Origin: Octopus vulgaris
Taxonomy: Eukaryota
Assembly: GCA_951406725.2 (NCBI GenBank)
Contig: OX597814.1
Coordinates: 183,086,001-183,150,000, forward strand
Direction: 5' to 3'
Length of the DNA stretch: 64,000 bases
The notes under the pieces are model-generated. The model saw only the letters and a list, made by a program, of their open reading frames with translations. It did no database searches and was not told the origin of the DNA. A program made the position numbers and the translations under genes. Shown piece after piece: positions 26,660 through 40,920 of the stretch (its first letter is position 1; every line of letters starts with the position of its first letter).

Positions 26660-27260
26660 CAGATTGAAACACAAAGGATGCGTTGTTCATGCTAGTAATG
26701 CGGTATTCTGTAGGTGTTCTATTCGAGTGTCGATCCTTATCTTTTCCATCCATTATTTTTTATCTTCAATTACGACTGGTACAATTCTAACAATTTTTAT
26801 GTTTCACACCTTTGCAAATTCTCTACTCAGATCTTGGTTTTTCTTAATATTTCCCGGTCCCTTTTCATAGACTATGGTCACCTGGAGAGGCTATATTAGT
26901 TATTGTACAGTGTATTTCCTTTTTTTGTTGTTGACGGTAATAATATTTGGTCTTCTTGATTCCATCACCTGATCGCATTTAATACTGAAATCCTGCAACA
27001 GTTTAACTTTATTTCCTCCCAGCGCATTAAGTTAATGTTCGTGTCACCTACCAGAACTGTGTAAATTGTATTTTTCACATAATTTCCCATGAAAAATGCG
27101 CGCAGTATTACCATGAATCCTTTTGTATTATCTATGTAACCTTACTGCATTCGCTTACTATGTTGTTAAGGCTATAACATATTTTACGACGAAGTCTACA
27201 TAATGGTGAGTTAACGTTCTTAACGATGAACCAATATTTGTTCTAAGAGCATGATCAGAG
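26660..27260 (-). pseudogene. R4/Dong-like LINE remnant (CCHC finger plus restriction-like endonuclease)
   Basis: SPLCRL…IVSEC…YKRIHGNTARIFH…KLLQDFSIKCDQVMESRRPNII…IASPGD…IVPVVI. Confidence 0.7.
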
Positions 27261-27264
27261 TGTC

Positions 27265-27425
27265 AGATAAAACGCTTAACTGCATTGAGTTCAAATTCCG
27301 CTGAGGTCGACTTTGCCTTTTATCCTATCGGGGTCGATAAAATAAGTTCCAGTTGAGCTGTGGGGTCGATGTAATCAACTCACTCCCTCTCCGAAACTGT
27401 TGGCCTTGTGCCAAAAATTGAAGTA
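27265..27425 (+). mobile_element. SINE family B (ccttgtgccaaaa tail subtype)
   Basis: B box gagttcaaattcc plus body. Confidence 0.75.
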
Positions 27426-27460
27426 TTATTATTATTTTATTATTATTGTTGTTGTTGTTG

Positions 27461-27531
<71 letters not shown>

Positions 27532-28090
27532 GAGTGAGAGAGCAGTTCATGCCATCAAAGTGACACTGGGGTAAAATATACGAAGCCCAATATACCCATC
27601 ATGACTACCCGTCTGATAAAGGTACACCAGGCACATGCATCACAACCATATGTGCGCGACATGGTGATCTCATATCAAGATAAACAGCACATGACCTTGC
27701 AGGTGGGGCCCAGTTAGAATTTTCTTCAGGTTGAGTAGCCCATCCCGCTCAAACGGTCCCTGAATAAGGGTTGTTTAAGGATGTTGAAAGAACCACCCAT
27801 GTTTCCAGAGGTGAACTATTCAAACCCCAAAGAATCCCTCTCAACACATGGCTATGATGCTCCCCCACTACTTCTGCTCGTGATCAGAGATGCACATATC
27901 GTCAGCCACTAAGAGACATGCTCAACTGGTTAAGGTTAAACAACTGACAAGCAAATCTGTGATATTGAGCAGAATATTTGCTGTAGCCCATCTTTTATAC
28001 CAAGACAAAACAATGTACATGATAACACTTCCAATCAGTTAAGATCAGAAGCCATGAGAGCCACTGCCTGGTAATGCATCAGGGCATTTA
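27532..28090 (-). mobile_element. ~560-bp non-coding element embedded in (TAA)n; further fragment at 28182-28290
   Basis: Three pieces in the window, all abutting (TTA)n; strand is inferred. Confidence 0.7.
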
Positions 28091-28118
28091 TAATACATCA
28101 GGGCATTGGTAATGCATC

Positions 28119-28183
<65 letters not shown>

Positions 28184-28287
28184 TGTAGCCCATCTTTTAT
28201 ATCAATGCAAAACAATGTACATGGAAACACTTCCAATCAGTTAAGATAAGAAGCCATGAGAGCCACTGTCTGGTACTGCATCAGGGC

Positions 28288-28350
<63 letters not shown>

Positions 28351-28374
28351 CATTATCATCATCATCATTTTGGT

Positions 28375-29400
28375 CAGTGGAAAGCAGTATCGTTAGGGCA
28401 CCGGTCAGAATGCATTATGGTATTTCTTTCGGTTCTTTATGCTTTGAGTTCACACCCCGCCAAATTTTACTTTGATATTCAACCGTTTTCAGTCGATAAA
28501 ATGGAGTGACACTCAAAATACTAGGGTCCTAAAAATCGACAAACTATCCTCCTCAGAATTATTGAACTCGTATCTAATATATAAATAATGGTTTTTGATT
28601 TAGACACAAGGCCAGCAATTTTAAATCGGAGGCGGTTAGTTGATACTATCACCTCCAGTAATTGACGGAAATTTAACTTTTGTCGATCTCGGAAGGATGA
28701 AAGACAAAATTTGATCCTGGATGAATAAAAAGCAAAATTTTGACTCGGACCGTAAAGTGGCTGAAGAAATACTACTGGAATTTTTTTCTGAAATATTGTA
28801 GAGAAACGTCATGACATGTTTTTTGTTTCTAACGAATCTCCCAGCTCGCTGGCTTTTAATTTGGAGAGATTCCTTACTACTGTAGGCACAAGGCCTAGAA
28901 TTTTGGGTAAGGGGTTAGTCATTTAAATCGACACCAGTGCATAACTGATACGTATTTTATCGACTCTAGAAAGGATGAAAGACAAAGTCAACCTCAGCGG
29001 AATTTGAACTCAAGACCTGAAAAAAGAAAGAAAAATGCTGCCAAGTGTTTGTTCTAGCGTTACTACCAATTCTGCCGCTCGGTGCCTTTAATTGTGAAAT
29101 GATAATAATTGCAAATATCATCGTTGATTAGGAAAGAAATTCAGAGGAATAGTAGAACGTTGGCCAATATATCTTGTGATACATTTAAGACGGCGAGCTG
29201 GCAGAACAGTTAGTACGTATGGAGAAATGCTTAGCGGCGTTCTACTTTACGTTCTGAGCTCAAATTACGCCAGAGTCAGCTTTGCCTTTCATCCTTTCGG
29301 GATTGATAGAATAAGTACCAGTTGATCACTGGAGTCGATGTAATCAACTTAGCCCCTCTCCCAAACCTGTTGGCCTTGTGCAAAAATTTGAAACCAATCA
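28375..29400. mobile_element. Cluster of about four diverged family-B SINEs on both strands
   Basis: Repeated ggatgaaagacaaa/gcctttcatcc and B-box motifs; best copy 29188-29398 (+). Confidence 0.7.
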
Positions 29401-30348
29401 GTAACGTCCCTTGAAATTCTGAATTCCACTTCCTTTAAGATTGATTCTGGTTTGCCTCAAAACATTCCACGGTAGAAAAAATAAAACCTGTCAATATGAT
29501 TGCGTTTCGCTAAGAAGGTTCAATAAGACCGAAAGATATTGTAGTGCATATCAATGATCACATTCCCCCCTGTTTAATTTTTAAGCAATTTAAAAATAAG
29601 AATTTTTCTCTTGGCTTTTTTCATAAGCATTAACGTTAACACTAATGGTTTTATTTTCACTTCAATTGTACACTTGAGCGATTAAAATTTTTTTTGGTTG
29701 ACTACATTAAATATGTTACTTCTCAGTGGATGCATAAGAGAGTATTACATTGAAAATAAGATGTTTCTCATTCACTAGCCATTAGTGAATGTGGCGTTGA
29801 CCGGGAGGAATTGATGTCATCAGATGGTGTCCAACAATATATTGAGTGTTTCGACCTTGAATTGTAATACATTGATAGATTGGCAGTAATGGCGAAATCA
29901 TTCTTCGTCATGTCCTCCTGACTTCCCGTTTAACACAACTCCCACTCGTTCTAAATTCCAGCAAGAAGTTCTTTCTGCTGCTGTCATCCTACGCACATAC
30001 AACTTTCTCTCTTTTCCCAATATTCCCTAATTTCTTTGTATTAGGCCCAAGTTTGAAATCATTAGCGTTCAATAAAAGAAATTCTTGTTATTGGTTGTAG
30101 TAAGGGAATTGAAAGCAAGAGTAAAGTGACAGCGTAGATGCAGTAAAACTTTGTCATTCAACATGAAAGAATCCAATATTTAGAGTTGTGTGAAATAAAA
30201 ATGTTGATTTAAATGTGATTCCCTTCTTGTCGATAAATTTGTTTTAACTTGAATCCTCTCTTTTTTCTGTTTGTTTCTCTTCACCATCTTGCTTCCATTT
30301 GAATCTGTTTCTAAGCTACAAACCTCCATGGCGTTACCGTTACTGCTC

Positions 30349-30387
<39 letters not shown>

Positions 30388-30432
30388 TCGCTGATTTGCT
30401 GTTCATTATCTTGTCCTTTAGTTATTCGTTTT

Positions 30433-30434
<2 letters not shown>

Positions 30435-30531
<97 letters not shown>

Positions 30532-30582
30532 GTCTATCTATCTATCTATCTATCTATCTGTCTGTCTGTCTGTCTGTCTGTC
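30435..30582. repeat. (TATC)n/(TGTC)n microsatellite (similar tracts at 31737-31906, 37665-37857, 60058-60243)
   Basis: Direct inspection. Confidence 0.95.
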
Positions 30583-31753
30583 TGTTCTAGCACACCGATA
30601 CTCTGTATCATTTTCTCCCCCTCTCTCCCCCAAATACAAGCGCGCGCGTGTTGCGTACGTATTTTTCTGTGTGCATAACTGTTAATCTCTCATTGCTTTT
30701 TCAAATACATTAACTTTACTCTGGTTTGTCTTGCTTATATTTGTTTTGTTCTAATAACCACATTAGTGAACTATTAATTGTAAACACCGCTCAGAAATTA
30801 TCAACAAAATTTGTACAACCATTTTGCTTGTATTTTTCGTTTTATTTTTTCTTTCTCATGAGGGTGGTATTACATAGCAATTCAATAACAATAACAAGAA
30901 CTGCAACGATAATCATAATAATCGTCTTTTAGAGATCCTAGTGTGCTATGCCTGCAGGCAAAGGGAAAGGATTAACAGGAAATTTCTTTAGTAAAACTTG
31001 AAAACATTAGATTAGCCTTTACCTTGCTACGGATTTAATATAAAACATGGCTGCCATGATTTTCAAACATGGGTGATGTGTTCATTTAGAAAGCAATATG
31101 CAATAGTAATGAATAAATATAATTAAAAAAATCTAAGAAATAAATAATTTAGCAAAAAAAATCCAATCAACTTTTCGATTTGAAGTTTCAAAAATTTATT
31201 CATCAATTCACATAAGATTTGCTTCTAGCATAAAAATAAAATATTAAACCATGAATCTAAATATATAAATAAAAGTAAAATTGGAGAGAAAACAAGGGAA
31301 GAAACTCCTTCACTTTCTACCTGTTTCATTCACTCTCGTTCTCTCTGTCACCATCTCAATTTTTCTCTCTCTCTCTTTCTCGCTCTCTTGCTCTCTCCTG
31401 TTTACTATAAATTAACTATTTTCTCCAGTTTATTTCAGTTTTCCATCGAACATTTTTTAAAGATATTTATAACGTGTAAATGTGATATCCATAATTAGTA
31501 GGAGGTTTCTTTTCTTCTCCTTTTTACATATCTTTTGTTTAGCTTTGATCTCTTCTGCCGAAAAATATAATATAAAATAAGATAAAAATCGTTTTTCACC
31601 GCAACTCAATTATTAATACATCATATAACACAGTTTGAAAAGTAAAGATCATATAATCGAAAATCAAGACATCACATTAAATTTACACACCATCTCATCT
31701 GCCTCATTTATATACAGCACATTAGCAATATGATTGTTTATCTATCTATCTAC

Positions 31754-31907
<154 letters not shown>

Positions 31908-31977
31908 CAATCGCTCCACTGAGACACATGTATGTTTCCATATTTCAAGCGTAAACACGCATGCATGATAAACAATT

Positions 31978-32013
<36 letters not shown>

Positions 32014-32150
32014 TGTGTTTATACATGTACATACATGCATACATACATATATATGGTATATATGCATATATATTTACACATTTGCATACATTCATTCATA
32101 TACACACGAACACACACATCAACATATATGTATATATAAATATGCATAAT

Positions 32151-32183
<33 letters not shown>

Positions 32184-32699
32184 GTTTATATATTTATGTC
32201 TGTATATGCACATACACATAAATGCATGTAACCGTACGGATTTGTATAAACGTATATTGATACGAACATATTTCAAACGTAAATATGCATATGCGGTAGA
32301 CGAATATGTATAAAATATGTAATACATGCATATATTATTAATGCACATACCTATGTATTCATACGCATACAAACATACATATGTTTCTATACATTAATGC
32401 ATAGACTTACATGCATACATGCATATGCATACATGCATATGCATACATGCATATGCATACTCTCACACACACAGACAGATTTTAACACTCACATACATCG
32501 CACAACACATAGGTATCGCACCCACTTATACATATATAAATACAGACACAAGCACATATAAGTATATATATATATACCAACACGCATACGTTTTCATATA
32601 TACGCCTGCGCAAGCATACGTAAACACTATTTTAGGGGAAGAAAGACAGAGATAACCATCCAATTATAGATTCTGCTTGCGCACTCGTATTCATGTTTT

Positions 32700-32960
32700 G
32701 AGAGATAAACTGTCAATGATAAAACTGGGAAGAAGATGGATGGAAAAAAATGTTATATCAGCGATAGGTAAAAGTATTAATAGAAAAATATCGAGAAAGC
32801 GGTAATAACTATTACAGAAGCACAAACATACATTTCTGGGAGAAGTAAACATCAGAGATGCCTTATCCCAAGGAGAAATTATTGGAGCTACTTGAAGCTG
32901 TCGTAAAGATTTCCTCTTGATAGCGATCAAAGATATGACGTTGTTGGAAATCATTCCCTA
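32700..32960 (+). pseudogene. Possible very decayed R4-type RT fragment
   Basis: FLGEVNIRDALSQGE resembles the VNIRRGIFQGD motif. Confidence 0.3.
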
Positions 32961-33159
32961 TCTTTAGCTTGTATACCAGGTCAGAAGCGTTTATGTACCT
33001 TAGCCCGTACGCTTTGTCCCTAGCAATCTATTCACGTGAGGAGAATTGGTAGAAAGCCAACCGGACGAAAACAGCATTTGTTTAGAGACTAGAAAAGGAG
33101 AAATATTGCGTTGGTCCTAGAAATTAATCGAGAGGGTTATATATATATATATATATATA

Positions 33160-33394
33160 TATTCTTTTATTCTTTTAACGTTTCAGTAATTTGACTGTGG
33201 CCATGCTGGAGCACCGCCCTCAAAGGTTTTAGTCGAAGAAATCGATCCCAGGGCTTATTCTTTGTAAGCCTAGTACTTATTATATCGGTCTCTTTTTGCC
33301 GAACCGCTAAGTTACGCGGATATAAGCACACAAACATCGGTTGTCAAGCGATGGTGAGGGGTCAAAAAATACAGACACAAAGACACACGCAAAA

Positions 33395-33457
<63 letters not shown>

Positions 33458-33638
33458 TGTATATACTACTTATATGACGGGCTTCTTTCAGTTTTCGACT
33501 ACTGAATCCACTCACAAGGTTTTGGATAGCCTGAGGCTATAGTAGAAGACACTCGCCCAAGGTGTCACACAGTGAGAATGAATCCAAAACCTTGTGGTTG
33601 CGGAGCAAGCTTCTTACCACAGAGCCACACCTGCGCCT
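33160..33638 (-). mobile_element. SINE family A
   Basis: Full-length diverged copy with expanded internal (TA)n. Confidence 0.85.
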
Positions 33639-34832
33639 GTACACCCCTCCCACACACACATACACACACATACACGCACATACATATATACATACAGAAA
33701 TCCACACACATATATATGTATGTGTGGCCGTACTTCGAACTTAGGGGGTCCTGGGTTAAATTGAGTTTGGTTGACCCTTTATATAGAAAATCGAAATACG
33801 CAACAGATCAGCAGATTTACATTGGAATTAGAGTTTAGAAGTTATAGATACACGAACAGGTTAAATGCAATAAGAGGCAAGCAAAAAATAAAACCGAAAC
33901 TCACCAGTTATACATAGATGCAAAAACAGAAACTTTACAAGGAAATTAACATAAATACATGAATGTTGGAAGTTATACAAGACTGTTACACGAAAAAAGA
34001 AAAAAAATCCCCAAAAACCGTCAAGTTTGCGGCTGGGCTACCACAGAATGTATTAAAAGCTTAGGTCAAATTCTAACAAATAAAAAAAGATATCAAACAG
34101 TAAAGGTTTATCAAAATTACCTGAAATTCTAAAAATATGTAAAAACAAACCAAAAGAACTCTGCTTTATTTTCATTTGAATGGTGCTTTGATTTCATCTT
34201 GTTTAACAGGTTTTCACTCCAGTTCCACATAGTATACACGTCCTTTTATTTATAGAAATGCACTAGCAGTAGAAGTTTTCGGTGAATAGCAATTTATTTT
34301 TTGGTTTAATATTATTTAAAGCAGAAAATATTCTTTCATCGTCAGCAGCAGAGCGAGTTAATGAAACGAGATTAAAAATTAAATTCGATAGTCGAGGATG
34401 ATGGAACTTAGTCGCGTACTTTTCTACAGAAATCTAACATTAAGTTTTTAGGCTTTTTATCTAGTACGGGTGGTGCTTCCCGTAATGTTAACTTTATCCA
34501 CTTCGTATTGATCTCCTAATAATGCTATTTTGATACTAAGTTCAGAAATTTTATTGTGAATCAAGTACTAGAGTGTGACGTTGTATGAATAACATTTTCT
34601 GGGTCCAAGACTCTTCTGACTTCAAGTTAGCAAACATTTCATGCAATAGAAATCGCCGAAACATTTGCATTAGAAGACTAAGATAAAAGTTCACTATTTC
34701 AATTTGAAAATTCTATTGCTTTATAGAGAGAACTTTGTCGATATTGTCCAGGAAGATCCGTTTTATAACAGTTGAAATGTTTCAAAGGATACATTCACTC
34801 TTTCACAGTTGCAAGTGAGTGTGTATGTATGT

Positions 34833-34893
<61 letters not shown>

Positions 34894-35183
34894 ATATGTG
34901 TGATTGCGTGTGCGTGTATTAATGTATGTATGCGTATAAGTGTGCATGAGGGAGACCCACAGTAGGAACTGTATTCAGAGTAACTGCAATGTATATAACA
35001 AGCAGCAAGAGAATGCCAGAACAAAAAGATCATCCCGTTCAATTCATCGTTTAGCCTAAATGTAGCTACATATGTAGCACACATCTTCCCGACACTAGTC
35101 AGCAAGCACTTTTGAACAGAACATAAATATCACAAACTAATCAACCCTCTGCAACGAATATATATATATATTTATATATATAT

Positions 35184-35350
35184 ATATAAAATTAATTAAG
35201 GGTAGAAATTGATATTTATCAATTAAAACCAGTGGTCTAGCATATTAAAAAAAAAAAATATTTTAATCTTCGGATTCTTTTTTTTTTAATATGCTAGACC
35301 ACTAGTTTTAATTGATAAATATCAATTTTTACCCTTAATTAATTTTATAT
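35184..35350. repeat. Long inverted repeat (~70-bp arms)
   Basis: attaattaagggtagaaattgatatttatc…tctagcatatt and its reverse complement. Confidence 0.9.
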
Positions 35351-35746
35351 AAATAAATATGCTCTCTAACCGATAAATTGACTGCTGCTAATTATTAGCT
35401 GCAGGCTGGTTTTTTCGGGTCTCAACGCGCCAAAGTAAAGGCATTTGAAAGATATATTCGAATGTAATAGGTTGGACTCCATGCACGCGATACTCCGGTA
35501 TCGTTTTTGCATCTAGTCCAGCAAATTGCATTTATAACAGGCCATGCTGATGAAGGCTACAGTTATCCTTGCGGAAAATAATAGTCGAAACTGATCATAA
35601 TTATTTTATTTCGTATATTTTCACTTGTTTATTGCTTCGGTTTTGTGCCGAGTTTGATTTGAGAACATAATCTTTTGTGGAGAATGGCGATTTGACGTCT
35701 ATATCTAGCATGTTGACTGTCCACTTTTCGTGTTCAGTCCTTAATT

Positions 35747-35805
<59 letters not shown>

Positions 35806-35819
35806 TTTTCTACTCTAGA

Positions 35820-36245
35820 GGAGGGGTCAGTCAATTAGATCAACCCCAGTACGCAGCTGATCCTTAATTCATCGACCCCGAAAGGATGAAAGGCAAAGTC
35901 GACCTTGGCGGAATTAGAACTCAGAACGTAAAGACAGATGACATACCTATTTCTTTAATACCCACAAGGGGCTAAACACAGAGAGGACAAACAAGGACAG
36001 ACAAACGGATTAAGTCGATTATATCGACCTCAGTGCGTAACTGGTACTTATTTAATCGACCCCGAAAGGATGAAAGGCAAAGTCGACCTCGGCGGAATTT
36101 GAACTCAGAACGTAGTGGCAGACGAAATACCGCTAAGCATTTCGCCCGGCGTGCTAACATTCCTGCCAGCTCGCTGCCTTAGACAGATGAAATACCGATA
36201 AGCATTTCACCCGGCGTGCTAACGTTTCTGCCAGTCCACCGCCTT
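35820..36245 (-). mobile_element. Family-B SINE with a younger family-B SINE (35948-36180) nested inside
   Basis: TSD agacagatga(c/a)atacc at 35932-35947 and 36181-36196. Confidence 0.88.
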
Positions 36246-37663
36246 GAATATAAATATATTACAGAAAGTAATGCAGGCAAAATATGTGAGGTGATGCCAA
36301 GACAAAGACAAGATATTGTATCATTCTGTTGTGATAATATATAGTCAGAACAAGGTGTTGATGAGACTGCGTGTATGTTATTACAAGAGTTCATATAGAG
36401 ATAAAAGAATAAATTCAAGGTCTATGTATTTACTACACAAAAAATATATTTTATTTACTGGTCGATGATGATACATAGAATCAAATTATAGAATCTAGTT
36501 GAATGAAGTAATTTATGCAAAAAGGTTCAGAGATAGAAAATATAGAAATAAATAACAGCTAAGTGGTGGTTTTCAGTCATGTAGCGTAGAGAAATAGAGG
36601 GACATAATGACGTGAATGGCTCTAAGTCTAATCGACTAAGAAACGAAAAGCTGGGTTAGCAAGTTGTTTTTATTATTAGAATGCTAGACATTCTAGAAAC
36701 TTCCAAGAGAAACACTAAGCTTCTTGAATAATTAAGAATCACGTCTCATGACATAAGAAACTTAGAAAAGGGAGGTTACTCGATGATATTTCTTCCAAAG
36801 GAGATCATTAAACTATCTAGCTACCCATACCACTACAATTCTACATAAGTTGTCAAATACTTCTTTTACATTTCGAGAATACTTCCCTTTATCAAGTATA
36901 AAAGTGAAAACCTTCCAAATCTTCAGGGAAAATAAGTTCTACTATCGGCCTACAATCTCAATGACTTACACGGTATTAGTCAGTCCGGGACAATTGTAGA
37001 AGACAGTGCAATGAACCTGAAACTACGGGGCTGTACATGGTTCTTCTTAAACAAACAACCATGCCTGCGCCTACAAAACCACACATACATACGTGTACAC
37101 TCGTGCGAACGAACACAAACATATATATATATATATTGATAACGAGACGAGCATAAGGAAGAGCTTAACTAAACTACTCTAAAACATGAAGATTGATTAT
37201 TCTTGTATGTAAATATCAGAAAATATACAAAGTGGAGCGTTGTTTACCAAATTTTAATACTAAATATAAACTGACATAATTCTCTATTTGCATCTGAGCA
37301 AATTAGTTTATCTAACATCAAATGTTCTGTAAATCATATGTTGAGACTTACAATTTATTAAAATACATTATCATAGAAATTGATAATTTAAAAGTGAATA
37401 TTTTATTAGAAACGGGAGGAAAATATCTTCATTTCATGAATTGGTTTCGTTCAGTGGTAATGAGAAGAGAATAAATCAGTGTGAACCGCCACAGCTTGTA
37501 TCATTAATAGTGGAAAGATATTAAATTTTCATTAAATTAGGGATTGATTTAGCTAGCTTAGTTCTCCGTATATAACATTTATTCATGCATTCCTATGCAA
37601 GGGAAGATAATTATCAATTATCTTATGTGCAACAGAAGATAATTAAAATATCTAACAGTCTGT

Positions 37664-37753
<90 letters not shown>

Positions 37754-37770
37754 ATCTATCTATCTATCTA

Positions 37771-37850
<80 letters not shown>

Positions 37851-37892
37851 CATCTATTTGCCTGTCTGTCACATTCTCATCCTCTCTCTCTG

Positions 37893-37932
<40 letters not shown>

Positions 37933-38062
37933 TGTGTGTGTATACACACATACATTCATACACACATACAAAGATATATATATATATACACATATATATA
38001 CGTACACTTACATGTATACACAAACTTCCACACCCACTCACACACATACACACACATGCACT

Positions 38063-38097
<35 letters not shown>

Positions 38098-38599
38098 TCT
38101 ATGTGTCGATAGTACTTTAACCTCTATGCTATCAATAGACCTCCCCAGCTTCTGCCTGAGCATGTTTGTAGAGCTCTGATGAGCTTTTCCCTTTTTTGAG
38201 CTCTCGCCAAAATTCATCTATACGCTCTCCTATACTGCTTGCCGTCTATCCTATGTAAGTAATTCAGCATAAGATTGAAGCAAGACTTGATATTTGTCTG
38301 GTTCATCCGCAATAAAAAAATAGTGAGCTGACAGATCTGGAATTGAAATGTCTTCCTAAAGCGCATAGCTGTATACTGTTATCAAAAAGTCTCTTTCTTT
38401 TGAGATGGTGGTGATGGTGGTGGTGGTGGTGGTGGTGGCGGCGGCGGTGGTGGTAGTGGTAGTGGTGTTTCTATATGTATTGTTGTCAGTAATGTTAGTA
38501 CTGGTTTGCATGTTTATATAGTTGCTTCCATTATTCTCGTTGTAGTAGTTCAAAGCCACATTATTGCCGTTATTCTTGTTATAGTTGTTACAACCATGC

Positions 38600-40125
38600 C
38601 CACGACCTGACGGGATGCATAATAGACAGTATGGACGTAGTGCCTCAAAATGCATCCATTGATGCTGATTTTGCTGTGGAGAAATGGGTGGAGGTGATCA
38701 GCGAGAGTCGATGTGGAGTTCCATGGTGTTGACACTGAAGAACTAGGCCTCTTCCTGAGACTGACATGCGACAATGATTACTTAGTTGTTTTTTTCGCAC
38801 TAGATCTATAATAGGTAGACACCCCACTATAACTTCTATGGCCAAGAAGACACACAAAGAGAGATGGAACGGGTGGACCAGAGCTATACGGACCCCCGAA
38901 AATTATGATCAGGTTAAAAAGATGGTCACACATGCGGTGGGTGCGAGTACCAAGACGACACTGAAGAACCATGTATTTAAGTTTAATAACAAGATATGTG
39001 CCTAAGAGGAAGGCGCAGCCATCCATGTCAGTATTGCTGGCAGTGTGGCTAAACTATTTATGGTATGGTGGGATAGGAGACTTAAAGAGATATTAGCAAA
39101 GAACTCCATAAACCTAACCATGTACTCCTGCTACGTGGATGATATTAACATAGTAGCCAGAGCACACCTAAAAGACAATGTTGATGATCTAGGAGCTAAT
39201 ACTATGGAGAATATCTAGCAAATAGTTAACTCTATCCACCAGAGTATAGAAATAACGATAGACTACTCTAGTAATAACCCTAACTATAGATTACCCGTTT
39301 TAGACACTGAACTCTTGCTAGAAACGAAGAACAGTAAAGTCCAGATCCTTCGCTCTCATTATGCCAAACCCTTGGCCTCTAAGTACTTTGTTCATAAGAA
39401 CTCAGCGATTGCAGATTATGCCAAGTTCAACATTCTGATAGCTGACTTGGTGAGAGTAATGAGGAATATGTCTCACATGTTTGACCCTATAGAATTGGAA
39501 AGACACATACTACACTTCCTCCACTGCATGCAGTTCTCTGGCTACAACCAAAGGGACTGGATTAGAGTGTACAAAGGATCCAGGACTAAGTGCAAAGCCA
39601 TCATAAAGAGTGATGCGAAGGGGATCTGTCCGCTATACAGGAGTAAATCCTGGAACAGTACAGAAAGGACCAGTAATAACATAAATAAGGCCAACACTTG
39701 GTATGACAACAAAAAATACCACAGTGTCATGTTCGTTTATGCTACCACCGGTGGCGAACTAGCACACCTTTTAAAAAAAAACATTAAGTAAGTCTAATCT
39801 ACATATTAAAGTAGTGGAGAGGCCTAGTGCCCCTTTAAAATCCCTGATCTGCAATACCATTCTCTTTGATAAGTCCCCCTGTACGGAGAGCAATTGTGTT
39901 GTATGTAGGATGAACCCACAGGTTAACAGTAAGGTTAGGAATGTTGTGTATAGCTTACGATGTACTAAAGGACGGTGCAGAAGCATGACAACTACCTATA
40001 TAGATTAGACTGCACGCAGCATAGGAGAACGTATAGGTGAACTTTGGCGAGAGCTCAAAGAAGAGAAAAGCCCGTCAGTACTCTACCAACATGCTAAGAC
40101 AGAACACAGAGACTCGATTATTAGC
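38600..40125 (+). pseudogene. Penelope-like element ORF remnant: reverse transcriptase plus GIY-YIG endonuclease
   Basis: IIDSMDV…; NHVFKFNNK…GAAI…KLFMVWWD; YVDD at 39132-39143; LPVLD; HYAKPLAS…VHKNSA; CxxxxCxxC; NVVYSLRC…YID*TARSIGER; stops at 39003, 39216, 40006 and frameshifts. Confidence 0.9.
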
Positions 40126-40371
40126 ATAGAGGGTGTGCGGGAATGTGTGTGAGTGGGCTTTGAATGACCCGTTTGTCTTTTTGTTCGTCCCTTCGTGTAT
40201 TTCACGTTATTTATGTAAAGGTTTATTATATATATATAAATATATCCACCACATACCTGTGATAAATGTAAGACTGAGACAGATAAAATAAATAAGTAAA
40301 ACTATATAAAGGGCATGGATATATACGAAGCGAACCCATACACACACACAAACACAAGGACACAAGCGTGG

Positions 40372-40600
40372 GTTGTAGCTAACTTTCCTATACTTGAGTT
40401 CCCATATATAGTTACTTAATCTCGTTGAATTCCTCCTATTTCTATTTCTAAAAGTGTACCTATGGTGATTAAATCTATGTTTCATATTATTCTGGGTCGC
40501 TCCTACATATACCTTATTACCTGATTGGGTACACATTATACTACTTCCATTCTAATGTAATTATTATTAAAAACACAATTACTGCTAATTCTACAATCAC
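40372..40600 (-). pseudogene. Second PLE GIY-YIG fragment
   Basis: VYVGATQNNMKHRFNHHRYTF…STRLSNYIWELK. Confidence 0.75.
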
Positions 40601-40655
40601 AGGTCCTTATATACTTTTATTTTATTTTATCTGATCTGTTTCTTATCCCTACGTT

Positions 40656-40825
40656 TTTACATTATTTACATTATTTACGTTTGACGGATATTTTCCCTCA
40701 TCGTGTTTGTTGCTAACACAACGTTTCGGCTGATATACCCTCAAGACTTCATCAGGTGTTTTGGGGAAATTTTGAACCTGGGTTCTCATTCCTAAGGTAT
40801 TTTTCGACGTTGTTGTTGTTGTTAT

Positions 40826-40920
<95 letters not shown>

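Noticed and set aside
38170-38210. CTGATGA as a hammerhead core
   Set aside because: No GAAA or stem III at a suitable position; same for the cores near 47213 and 60800
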